Shown here one piece after another: positions 45,925 to 55,040 of a stretch of DNA of 64,000 bases; within the stretch, counting starts at the first letter, position 1; every line of letters starts with the position of its first letter. This DNA is from an uncultured Butyricicoccus sp. (GTDB taxonomy: Bacteria > Bacillota > Clostridia > Oscillospirales > Butyricicoccaceae). The notes under the pieces were generated by a model. It had not been told where the DNA came from. It saw only the letters and a program-made list of their open reading frames with translations, and did no database searches. The DNA lies in assembly GCA_944381005.1 (NCBI GenBank), contig CALWJM010000008.1, forward strand, positions 713-64,712, in the 5' to 3' direction. The position numbers were made by a program, and so were the translations under genes.

Positions 45925-47064
45925 ATGATGGAACAACAGAGAGATGCACAATTAGAGCAGCAGATTGTGCAAAAAGTAGAGCAACTGGGCGAGCAGCTTT
46001 TGAACAGCATTGTGGACATGGTGCAGATTGACAGCACAGAAACACAGGCTGAGCCGCAAGCGCCGTTCGGTGTGGGGGTACGCAAAGCGTTAGATGCTGC
46101 ATTGGAACTGGCTGGTAAAATGGGCTTTGAAACGGTTGACGTTGACCATTACATGGGATATGCGTCTTACCGGGCACCCGGAACGGTCGATTTAGAAGGA
46201 TATGTCGGTGCCATTGGGCACTTGGATGTCGTACCGGCTGGAACGGGCTGGCGGCAGCCGCCGTTTTCCGGTTTCCGGCAAGATGGTGTGATTTACAGCC
46301 GTGGCGTATTGGATAATAAAGGCCCGATTTTATCTTGCTTGTATGCGCTGTATGCGCTCAAGGAATTGGGACTGCCTCTTAAACGTGAAGTGCGCATTGT
46401 GTTTGGATGCGACGAGGAAAGCGGATTTGAGGACTTAAAGTACTATTTGACCAAGGAGCAGCCGCCTGTGATGGGCTTTACGCCGGACTGTAAGTATCCG
46501 GTAGTGTATGCCGAGCGTGGGCGCGCTGTGGTGGAAATCACTGCCGCCAATCAAGAGGCATTGTTTGAGCTGATGAATGCTTACATCCTGAATGCAAATA
46601 ACAATGGGGAACGGTTGGGGATTGCGTTCAAAGATGCCGAGTTTGGCAGCTTGGAAGTGCGCAACTATGAGCTAAAGCAGACCGAACAAGGCCCGGCCAT
46701 ACAGTTTTCCATCAGCTATCCGGCGGGCTGCACCGCCGATGGCTTGGTTGAGCAACTGCGGCAAACACTGTCCGGACACACGGTGCGATTGGTCAGCAAT
46801 TTTGACCCCGTTCGGTTTGAAAAGGATTGCCGGTTGGTGGATACACTGCGGTATACTTATGAGCGCGTGACCGGTCAGGATGGCACACCCGTCACAACGA
46901 CCGGCGGCACTTACGCCAAACTGATGCCGAATATTGTGCCGTTTGGCCCTTCCTTCCCCGGACAAAAGGGAATTGGACATCAACCCAATGAATGGATGAA
47001 GGAACAGGATATTTTGACCAATGCCAAAATTTATGCGTTAAGCCTGTATTATCTGGCATTGTGA
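45925..47064 (+). CDS. M20 PepV/Sapep-like dipeptidase (short form)
   Basis: GHLDVVP, RGVLDNKG, GCDEESG, PDCKYP, GGTYAK, HQPNE. Confidence 0.9.
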   Translation: MMEQQRDAQLEQQIVQKVEQLGEQLLNSIVDMVQIDSTETQAEPQAPFGVGVRKALDAALELAGKMGFETVDVDHYMGYASYRAPGTVDLEGYVGAIGHLDVVPAGTGWRQPPFSGFRQDGVIYSRGVLDNKGPILSCLYALYALKELGLPLKREVRIVFGCDEESGFEDLKYYLTKEQPPVMGFTPDCKYPVVYAERGRAVVEITAANQEALFELMNAYILNANNNGERLGIAFKDAEFGSLEVRNYELKQTEQGPAIQFSISYPAGCTADGLVEQLRQTLSGHTVRLVSNFDPVRFEKDCRLVDTLRYTYERVTGQDGTPVTTTGGTYAKLMPNIVPFGPSFPGQKGIGHQPNEWMKEQDILTNAKIYALSLYYLAL

Positions 47065-47083
47065 GAGCAAAGGAAGGGATTTT

Positions 47084-47818
47084 ATGGTTGAAATTTGCTG
47101 TGGCAGCTATGAAGATGCGCTCAATGCGTATCGCGGCGGCGCAGAGCGCGTGGAACTCAATTCGGCGCTGCATCTGGGGGGATTGACCCCTACGGCGGCT
47201 TGTCTGTCGCTGGTACTGCGTGACACCAAAGTAAAAGTTATCTGCATGGTGCGGCCGCGTGGTGCAGGTTTCTGTTATACACCGGCTGAAAAGGAGCAGA
47301 TGTTTGCGGAAGCAAAGGAACTGCTGGAACAGGGCAGTCATGGTATTGCCTTTGGTTTTTTGACCGAAAATGCCGAGATTGATGTGAAGGAGACCGAAAA
47401 AATGGTCAAGCTGATTCACCAATATGGTGGGGAAGCGGTGTATCACCGGGCATTTGACTGTGTAAGCAATCCCTATGAAGCAATGGAAACTCTAATTCGC
47501 CTGGGAGTTGACCGTGTGTTGACAAGTGGATTGTCGGAAAAGGCAATGGGCGGCAAGGAGCTGATTCGCACCCTTCAGCAGCGATATGGCAGCCAGATAG
47601 AATTGCTTGCGGGAAGCGGGGTAAATGCGTCCAATGCACGCGAACTTATGGACTATACTGGCATCTCACAGGTACATTCTTCGTGTAAAGACTGGCAGAC
47701 CGACCCCACAACGAGCGGGGAACAGGTAAGCTATTCGTTTGCGCCTGCGCCGCATGAAAGCTGTTATGATGTCGTCAGTCAAGAATTGGTTGCAAAGTTG
47801 AAAGAAGTTTTGGCATGA
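47084..47818 (+). CDS. cutC: CutC family TIM-barrel protein
   Basis: VEICC, RVELNSAL..GGLTP, MVRPRGAGF, YHRAFD, RVLTSG, AGSGV, VHSS. Confidence 0.92.
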   Translation: MVEICCGSYEDALNAYRGGAERVELNSALHLGGLTPTAACLSLVLRDTKVKVICMVRPRGAGFCYTPAEKEQMFAEAKELLEQGSHGIAFGFLTENAEIDVKETEKMVKLIHQYGGEAVYHRAFDCVSNPYEAMETLIRLGVDRVLTSGLSEKAMGGKELIRTLQQRYGSQIELLAGSGVNASNARELMDYTGISQVHSSCKDWQTDPTTSGEQVSYSFAPAPHESCYDVVSQELVAKLKEVLA

Positions 47819-48684
47819 AAACGATAGAAAACAGAAAGATAGGGCGTTATATCGTTTCTTTTATCGCCGTACTGGCATCGGCATTTTTGCAGGCCTTCAC
47901 CATGCAGGTGTTTTTGACACCAGCACAGATTTTGTCCAGTGGTTTTACCGGGGTTGCCGTCTTAATTGACCGCATTGCCGAATTATTCGGCATGAGCTTT
48001 CCCACTTCGCTCGGCATGATTGTGCTGAATATTCCGGTTGCCGCCTTCTGTTTTCGGCATATTGGAAAAAAGTTTGTTGTTTTTTCACTGATGCAGGTCT
48101 TTTTCGCCAGCTCCATTTTGCGATTTGCCAATTTTCAGCCGATTTTTGACGATGTTTTCTTAAATATCTGTTTTGGTGGCTTTTTGTACGGCATGGCCAT
48201 CGTGATTGCACTGAAAGGCAATGCTTCAACGGCTGGAACCGACTTTATTGCCCTGTATGTATCTACCAAGTGCGGAAAATCTATTTGGCAGTTTGTATTT
48301 CTGTTCAACTGTTCCATGCTATGTATTTTTGGCTGGCTGTTTGGATGGGTATATGCCGGGTACTCCATTTTGTTCCAGTTCCTGACGACCAAGACCATTG
48401 AAACCTTTGACAATCGCTATAAGCGTGTGACGCTGCAAATCACGACCCGAGAACCCAACCGACTCATCAACGCTTATATGCGGCAGTACCGGCATGGTAT
48501 GTCCGTACTCAATGGATATGGTGGTTATGGAAAAGGTAAGCTCAGCTTGCTGCATACCGTGGTATCCACATATGAGGTACGGGACATTGTGGCATTGATG
48601 CGCGAAGCAGACCCACATGTTATTATCAACGTATTGCAGACCGAGACATTTTACGGCGGTTTTTATCAAAAACCCATTGATTAA
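47815..48684 (+). CDS. YitT family membrane protein (DUF161/DUF2179)
   Basis: SSGFTGVA, LNIPV, STAGTDFIA, DPHVIINV. Confidence 0.88.
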   Translation: MKTIENRKIGRYIVSFIAVLASAFLQAFTMQVFLTPAQILSSGFTGVAVLIDRIAELFGMSFPTSLGMIVLNIPVAAFCFRHIGKKFVVFSLMQVFFASSILRFANFQPIFDDVFLNICFGGFLYGMAIVIALKGNASTAGTDFIALYVSTKCGKSIWQFVFLFNCSMLCIFGWLFGWVYAGYSILFQFLTTKTIETFDNRYKRVTLQITTREPNRLINAYMRQYRHGMSVLNGYGGYGKGKLSLLHTVVSTYEVRDIVALMREADPHVIINVLQTETFYGGFYQKPID

Positions 48685-48715
48685 CGATTTATAGACCGAA
48701 AGGAAGGAATTTATC

Positions 48716-49807
48716 ATGCATAAACTTGGCATCTCCCTTTATCCGCAGCATAGCACCCGCGAACAAGATGACGCATACATGGCGCTTGCAGCAAAATATG
48801 GATTTAAGCGTATTTTCACCTGCTTACTGTCGGGCAAGGGAGAAAAAGACGAAATCATTGCAACGTTCACTGATTTTATGAGCAGAGCACATCAATACGG
48901 CTTTGAAGTTTCGGTGGATACCAACCCGGAAATTTTTGCGAAATTGGGCGCAACGCCGTTTGACCTGAAAGTATTTGCCGATATGGGCGTGGATATCATC
49001 CGATTGGATGGGCATTTCGGCGCGACAGAGGACATTGCGATTACACGCAATCCCTATCACATTCCGATTGAATTCAACGCTTCACAGAACATGGATTTAG
49101 ATTTGCTCATAGAGCGCGGTGCAAACCGGCATCATGTCATCACCTGTCACAATTTCTATCCGCAAAAATATACCGGTTTGAGTTTTGAGCGGTTCCAGTA
49201 TCTGACAAATAAATATAAGAAAGATGGTTTCCGCACGGCTGTATTTGTGTCCAGCCACAATCAGAACACCTTTGGCCCGTGGCCGGTGAGTGCAGGCTTG
49301 CCCACTTGCGAGATGCACCGCACGCTGCCCATTGATTTGCAGGTGCGGCACCTGCTGGCAACCGAGCAGATTGACGATATTTTGATTGGCAACTGCTTTG
49401 CAACAGAGGATGAACTCAAAGCAATGGCACAAGTAGACCAAAATCGAATTACCATGAAGATTGATGTTTGTGATGGTGCGACCGAGCAGGAAAAGCACAT
49501 TCTTTCGGGTTATCGTCACTTTGCGCGCGGGGATGCATCGGCTTATATGATTCGTTCGTCGCTGCCTCGACTGGATTGCCGCGATGTTGCGATTGCACAC
49601 CGACCGGAATCCAAGCCGTTTTTCACCCGTGGTGATGTTGTCGTAGTCAACGACAACTTGAAGCATTATCGTGGAGAATTGGAAATTGTACTTCAGGATA
49701 TGCCCAACGACGGAGAACGTAATTTGGTGGGCGTGATTCCCGAAGAAGAACGGATTCTTTTGGATTTCGTCAAGCCTGAATATGAGTTTGGCTTTATTTT
49801 GGATTGA
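48716..49807 (+). CDS. DUF871 / MupG-like 6-phospho-glycosidase
   Basis: LGISLYP, IFTCL, RLDGHF, NAS, CHNFYP..YTGL, GLPTCEMHR, IGN, IRSS, RGDVVV.N..Y.GE. Confidence 0.88.
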   Translation: MHKLGISLYPQHSTREQDDAYMALAAKYGFKRIFTCLLSGKGEKDEIIATFTDFMSRAHQYGFEVSVDTNPEIFAKLGATPFDLKVFADMGVDIIRLDGHFGATEDIAITRNPYHIPIEFNASQNMDLDLLIERGANRHHVITCHNFYPQKYTGLSFERFQYLTNKYKKDGFRTAVFVSSHNQNTFGPWPVSAGLPTCEMHRTLPIDLQVRHLLATEQIDDILIGNCFATEDELKAMAQVDQNRITMKIDVCDGATEQEKHILSGYRHFARGDASAYMIRSSLPRLDCRDVAIAHRPESKPFFTRGDVVVVNDNLKHYRGELEIVLQDMPNDGERNLVGVIPEEERILLDFVKPEYEFGFILD

Positions 49808-49831
49808 GTAGACAGACAAACAGCATAAAGC

Positions 49832-49870
49832 AAGCGGGGAACACTTCAATATACAGTGCTCCCCGCTTTT
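49832..49870 (+). terminator. Terminator of PTS locus
   Basis: AAGCGGGGA.CAC...GTG.TCCCCGCTTTT. Confidence 0.82.
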
Positions 49871-49931
49871 CTCAGTTTTTGCGCTGCACTGGACTTAAAG
49901 AGAAACAATCTATCAAAAATGATAGCATGTC

Positions 49932-50064
49932 TTGCAATCATACAATATTTATGATACAATCTGATAAAAAATAACAGGTTCTGCCACCGGGTAGAACCAT
50001 GCGAACAGTATTTTGATTTGCGGCGGTAGGTCTTAGAAGTCGCAAATGAAGATGCTGTTTTTTT
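49932..50064 (+). promoter_or_regulatory. Promoter plus structured, attenuator-like 5' leader of MATE gene
   Basis: TTGCAA-17-TACAAT (TG-extended); hairpin 49977-49998; long hairpin 50004-50060 with T7 just before RBS. Confidence 0.65.
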
Positions 50065-50078
50065 GTGGAGGCTAGGGA

Positions 50079-51368
50079 ATGGAAAAGCAACTGAGAAGGT
50101 ATATCATACCGAACATATTGGCGATGACAGGAACATCGTGTTACGTTTTAGCCGATACCTTTTTTATCTCAATCGCGGCAGGCGCCGATGGCATCACAGC
50201 ATTGAATCTGGTGCTTCCCATTTATGGAATTATCTTCGCATTGGGTTCTATGGTCGGTGTCGGGTCGGCTACGCGCTATTCATTGGATAAAGCAGTCGGA
50301 AAACCGGATGCAAGCGATTATTTTTCTAATGCAATCCTGTGTGCGTTGCTTATCAGCAGTATATTTGTTATTGGCGGCATCTGCTTTCCCGATACCATTT
50401 TAAGATTTTTGGGTGCAGATGACAGAATCCTAAATGTGGGACTGACTTACATTCAAATCGTGCTGTGTTTTGCGCCGTCCTTTATGCTGAATTATACATT
50501 TACGGCGTTTGTAAGAAACGATAACGCACCGAAGATTGCAATGGCGGCAACGCTGACAAGCGGTGTTTTTAATATTGTGTTCGACTATATTTTTATGTTT
50601 CCGATGAAATTGGGAATGGTTGGTGCTGCGCTTGCCACAGGTATTTCGCCCATTGTGAGTATGACGGTTTGCATGGTGCATTATCTATCCAAGAAGAACA
50701 CCATAACGTTTGTAAAAAAATTGCCCTCATTTCAAAAGCTGATAGCTGCCTGCAAATTGGGAATTGTGGCTTTTGTGGGTGAGATATCCAACGGAATCAC
50801 CACGATGGTCTTTAATTTTATTTTATTGGATTTAGCGGGCAATGTTGCGGTAGCAGCATATGGTGTCATTGCAAATTTTGCGCTGGTGGCAACCGCTTTG
50901 TTTAATGGCGTGTCGCAGGGATTGCAGCCTTTGGCTAGTTCAGTACATGGAAAATTTGATAACGAAGCAGAGAAAAGAATTTATCGGTATGCCCTTAAAT
51001 TTGGTATGGTCATATCCATTTGCTTGGTTGTAATCGTGATGTTATTCCCAGATGTGTTAGTGCGTGTTTTTAACAGTGAAAATTCAATCGAACTGGCTGC
51101 ATATGCAGAAGTAGGGATTCGATTGTATTTTATTGGGTTTTTGATAGCTTTCGTCAATATTATAAAATCCGGTTTTTTCAGTGCGACGGGGAAAGGGCTG
51201 GAATCTTCTTTGATTGCGCTATCCAGAGGTGTTGTATCCATTGTGATTTTTGCGTTTATACTTTCCAAGGCGTTCGGTATCATCGGTGTTTGGCTGGCGT
51301 TTCCCATTTCGGAAGCAGTTACCTTCTTGATAGCAACGCAGATGGAACGTATCACGCCAAAAGTATGA
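50079..51368 (+). CDS. MATE family efflux transporter
   Basis: 12-TM pattern, LADTFFI, NIVFDYIF..MKLGMVGAALATGIS, QGLQP. Confidence 0.93.
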   Translation: MEKQLRRYIIPNILAMTGTSCYVLADTFFISIAAGADGITALNLVLPIYGIIFALGSMVGVGSATRYSLDKAVGKPDASDYFSNAILCALLISSIFVIGGICFPDTILRFLGADDRILNVGLTYIQIVLCFAPSFMLNYTFTAFVRNDNAPKIAMAATLTSGVFNIVFDYIFMFPMKLGMVGAALATGISPIVSMTVCMVHYLSKKNTITFVKKLPSFQKLIAACKLGIVAFVGEISNGITTMVFNFILLDLAGNVAVAAYGVIANFALVATALFNGVSQGLQPLASSVHGKFDNEAEKRIYRYALKFGMVISICLVVIVMLFPDVLVRVFNSENSIELAAYAEVGIRLYFIGFLIAFVNIIKSGFFSATGKGLESSLIALSRGVVSIVIFAFILSKAFGIIGVWLAFPISEAVTFLIATQMERITPKV

Positions 51369-51614
51369 TGAAGTGGCTAAAAACATTCAGGCAAAAAAGG
51401 CAAGATTGTGAAGTTTCCCGATATCGAAAAATATCATGATGCCGAAGAGACGACCGAAGTTCTGGACATTCAAAAGATGACAGTTTCGGCACCGATTTTT
51501 CATCGGTCTGCGCGACCAACGGAAAGTACCGTATCAAAAATGGGAAGCCTTGTATTGCATGTGTCATCCAGAGTGGGTGCCGTATTGGAAATAAGAAAAG
51601 GAATGGGTTAGGAT

Positions 51615-53393
51615 ATGAATGAGTTTCAGGTAAAAGAAGCGTTTTATCTAAACGGGAAACCGTTTCAGATTTTGTCGGGTGCGATTCATTATTTTAGAAT
51701 CCCACGCGCTTACTGGGAGGACAGTCTATATAATTTAAAGGCGATGGGATTTAATACCGTAGAAACGTATATCCCGTGGAATATTCATGAGCCTGACGAA
51801 GGTGTTTTTGATTTTTCTGAGCAGTACGATGTGGCTGCATTTGTACGCTTGGCGCAGCAAATGGGATTGTGGGTTATTTTGCGCCCTACGCCGTTTATCT
51901 GTGCAGAATGGGAGTTTGGTGGACTTCCGGCGTGGCTGCTCAACTACAAAGATATGAAAGTTCGTACCAATACACCACTATTTTTAGACAAAGTAGACCG
52001 ATATTACCGGCGGCTGTTTGAGGAAATTGAACCGCTTCAAATCACTTGCGGTGGCCCTGTGTTGATGATGCAGGTTGAAAATGAGTACGGCTCGTTTGGA
52101 AACGACAAAGATTACTTGCGCGCTATCGTTGGTATTATGCGCAAATACCATGTAACGGTGCCGCTGTTTACGTCGGATGGTGCATGGGATGCGGCATTAG
52201 AGGCTGGCAGCCTGATAGAGGATGGTGTTTTGCCGACAGGAAACTTTGGTTCCCGCTCGGATGAAAATTTGGATGCAATGGAACGCTTCTTACAACGGCA
52301 TGGTAAAACATTTCCGCTCATGTGTATGGAATTTTGGGATGGCTGGTTTAACCGCTGGGGTGAAAAAATTATCCGTCGAGATGCAGAGGATTTGGCACAG
52401 GAGGTCAAAACGCTGCTCAAACGCGCGAGCATAAACCTGTATATGTTTCAAGGCGGTACCAACTTTGGGTTTATGAATGGGTGCTCGGCGCGCGGAGAGC
52501 GTGACCTGCCGCAGATAACGTCATATGATTATGATGCTGTTTTGACCGAATGGGGCGCACCGACCGAAAAGTTTTACAAAATCCAAAAGGTGATACAGCA
52601 ATTATTTCCTGATATTCCGACTTTTCCGCCTAGAGACCGCGCGCGCACGGCATATAAACCGGCGGTACAAAATGGACGCGTTTCGCTGGATGCTTGCAAG
52701 GAGCAACTGACCCAAGTGCAGCAAAGTATGTATCCGATGACAATGGAACAAGCGGGGCGCGGATATGGATACATGTTATATGAGACGGAAGTGCTGGGAT
52801 TCGGGCAGGAAATGAAGCTAAAAATCCCCCAAGCAGCCGACCGCGTGCAAATTTTTCTCAACGGAACGCATATTGCAACGCAATATCAGGAACAGATAGG
52901 CGAGGAAGTATACGCAGCATTCCCAGAAGGGTATAGTAAATTACAGGTGCTGGTGGAAAATTTAGGGCGCGTAAATTATGGATATAAGCTGCACGCCCCT
53001 TCACAAAGCAAAGGAATCCGTACAGGAGTGATGGTTGATATTCATTTTGAGAGCCAGTGGAAAAACTATGCGCTGACCTTACAGGACTGCTCAAAAATTG
53101 AATTTAATGGTATGTGGGAACTGGATACCCCGGCATTTTATCGCTATACTTTTGATGTAGCCGAGGTACAAGATACATTCTTAGATTGCAGCACGCTGGG
53201 CAAGGGAGTTGTATTTCTCAATGGCAGAAATATCGGAAGATATTGGAAGATAGGCCCGGTGCAGTCTTTATATTTGCCTGGAGCGTGGATGCAAGCGGGT
53301 AAAAACGAATTGATAGTGTTTGAAACCGAGCAAACCTGTCCAGACGAACTGCATTTTTCTGCGCAGCCGATTTATTGTACCAACGCAGAATAA
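51615..53393 (+). CDS. GH35 beta-galactosidase (cytoplasmic, BgaC-like)
   Basis: SGAIHYFR, LRPTPFICAEW, QVENEYG (acid/base), MEFWDGWF (nucleophile), TSYDYDA, GRYW; no signal peptide. Confidence 0.95.
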   Translation: MNEFQVKEAFYLNGKPFQILSGAIHYFRIPRAYWEDSLYNLKAMGFNTVETYIPWNIHEPDEGVFDFSEQYDVAAFVRLAQQMGLWVILRPTPFICAEWEFGGLPAWLLNYKDMKVRTNTPLFLDKVDRYYRRLFEEIEPLQITCGGPVLMMQVENEYGSFGNDKDYLRAIVGIMRKYHVTVPLFTSDGAWDAALEAGSLIEDGVLPTGNFGSRSDENLDAMERFLQRHGKTFPLMCMEFWDGWFNRWGEKIIRRDAEDLAQEVKTLLKRASINLYMFQGGTNFGFMNGCSARGERDLPQITSYDYDAVLTEWGAPTEKFYKIQKVIQQLFPDIPTFPPRDRARTAYKPAVQNGRVSLDACKEQLTQVQQSMYPMTMEQAGRGYGYMLYETEVLGFGQEMKLKIPQAADRVQIFLNGTHIATQYQEQIGEEVYAAFPEGYSKLQVLVENLGRVNYGYKLHAPSQSKGIRTGVMVDIHFESQWKNYALTLQDCSKIEFNGMWELDTPAFYRYTFDVAEVQDTFLDCSTLGKGVVFLNGRNIGRYWKIGPVQSLYLPGAWMQAGKNELIVFETEQTCPDELHFSAQPIYCTNAE

Positions 53394-53520
53394 GCAATAT
53401 AAAGCCTTAAAGCGGCTGAGATGTTAAGAATACGAGCGAAAATGCAACATCTAATTGATAGAATTTTCGACCTGTATCGGCTATAATAGGGAATAGAATT
53501 GATACGGGGAGGGAATTGAT

Positions 53521-53976
53521 ATGTCCTTGGGAAATCATTTATTTGCTGCGCGCAAGAAGAAAGGGCTGGCACAAGAGGCGGTTGCTGAGGTTTTGGGCGT
53601 TAGTAGGCAAACTATCTCAAAATGGGAGCTTGACGAAACCATTCCGGACATTTATCAGGCGAAAAAGCTTGCAAATTTGTATGGCATGTCGGTAGATGAG
53701 TTGATAGAAATAGATATCGGTGTAAAAGAGATACAGGATATGGTGGAGAAAATCAGCGAAAAAGAGTCTGAGAAAATTGATTGGACGAAGGTTTGGAGCA
53801 AAAAGTATCCGATTCTTTCTACTTATCAGAATGAGGTGGATATTTCGCTGTATGCCGTGGAACTCATCCGGCTGCTGGGAGATTTGCAAAAGAAGTATGG
53901 CTATAATGATGTGGATGCACTTTTGGTTTTGAAAGATATTTTGGCTCGGGTTTGGAAAAGCTGGAAGAAAAAATAA
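53521..53976 (+). CDS. XRE family HTH transcriptional regulator
   Basis: RKKKGLAQEAVAEVLGVSRQTISKWELDETIPD; GGGAGG RBS. Confidence 0.92.
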   Translation: MSLGNHLFAARKKKGLAQEAVAEVLGVSRQTISKWELDETIPDIYQAKKLANLYGMSVDELIEIDIGVKEIQDMVEKISEKESEKIDWTKVWSKKYPILSTYQNEVDISLYAVELIRLLGDLQKKYGYNDVDALLVLKDILARVWKSWKKK

Positions 53977-54005
53977 ACCAAAGATAAAACACAAAATGAC
54001 AACAT

Positions 54006-54044
54006 AAAAAGAACAGCTGACCTGGTGGGACAGCTGTTCTTTTT
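54006..54044. terminator. Bidirectional terminator
   Basis: AAAAAGAACAGCTG...CAGCTGTTCTTTTT. Confidence 0.85.
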
Positions 54045-54061
54045 ATTTGGGGAATGGCTTT

Positions 54062-54820
54062 TTAAGTAGATGACGCATGGATGGACATGCCGCAGCGAAT
54101 CATGCGCATAAGCCGCCGCGCGGCATCCAGATAAAGAGATTGGCTATTTGCTATGGCGTCTTGGATGGACATTGCGCCATTTATGGTGGTTATCACGCTA
54201 TCAATGCCACAATCATAGATTGCTTCGTAGCCGTCCAGCAGACCGCCCACGATTGCAACGACAGGGATACCGGCTTTTTTACACCGCTTTGCCACGCCGG
54301 AGGGCACTTTGCCTAAAGCCGACTGCCAATCCATTCGACCTTCTCCTGTGATAACCAAGTCAACCCCATCCAGTGCGCGGTCGAAATTCAGCAGGTCAAG
54401 TACAGCTTCAATTCCGGGTTGGGGGTGTGCGTGCAGGAAGGTCATCAATGCAAAACCTAGTCCGCCCGCCGCACCGGCACCGGGTATGGCAGAGTTGTCA
54501 CAACCTAGTGATGTTTGCACCGCGTGGGCGTATTGGGTCATGCCCTGCTCAAGCTGTGCCAACATGGTGTCATCCGCGCCTTTCTGACGTCCAAATGTAT
54601 AGGTTGCTCCATTTGCACCAAGCAGTGGGTTGGTGACATCGCACATAACCGTAAACCGTGCTTGCGCGGCGGCCGGATGTAATTTGCTGATATCAACACG
54701 GGAAACAAGTGCAAGGTTTTGCCCACAGCCGGAAATTTCCTGTCCGTTGTTATCTAAGAATGAGATTCCAAGCGCTTGCATGGCACCCATACCGCCGTCA
54801 TTTGTGGCACTGCCACCAAT
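54062..54820 (-). pseudogene. 5'-truncated glycerate kinase (GlxK/GarK family)
   Basis: Frame begins at IGGSATNDGGMG after in-frame TAA at 54827-54829; contains CDVTNPLLG.NGA, GAGAAGG, ITGEG.MD.QS..GK; about the first third of the family sequence is absent. Confidence 0.85.
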
Positions 54821-55040
54821 GGTATATTATAGCAGCAAGTGACAAATGGGAGCAGGGCAAGTGTGAGGAAGATACCGGTTACATGTTTTATAAATTGTGT
54901 AAATTTCATAATATAAAAGAAGTTTTATGGTTAAAATGTAAAAAAATATGATTGACAATAAAGAGATAAAATGATATGTTGCAAACAACAATAGGAAAGC
55001 GGTTACATGTTAGATAAGCCACAAAAAGGGGAAGTGATAT

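Noticed and set aside
51365-51611. Short ORFs (24 aa at 51365, 67 aa at 51408) between MATE and GH35
   Set aside because: No recognisable family in any frame; cannot support as gene or remnant without a search.
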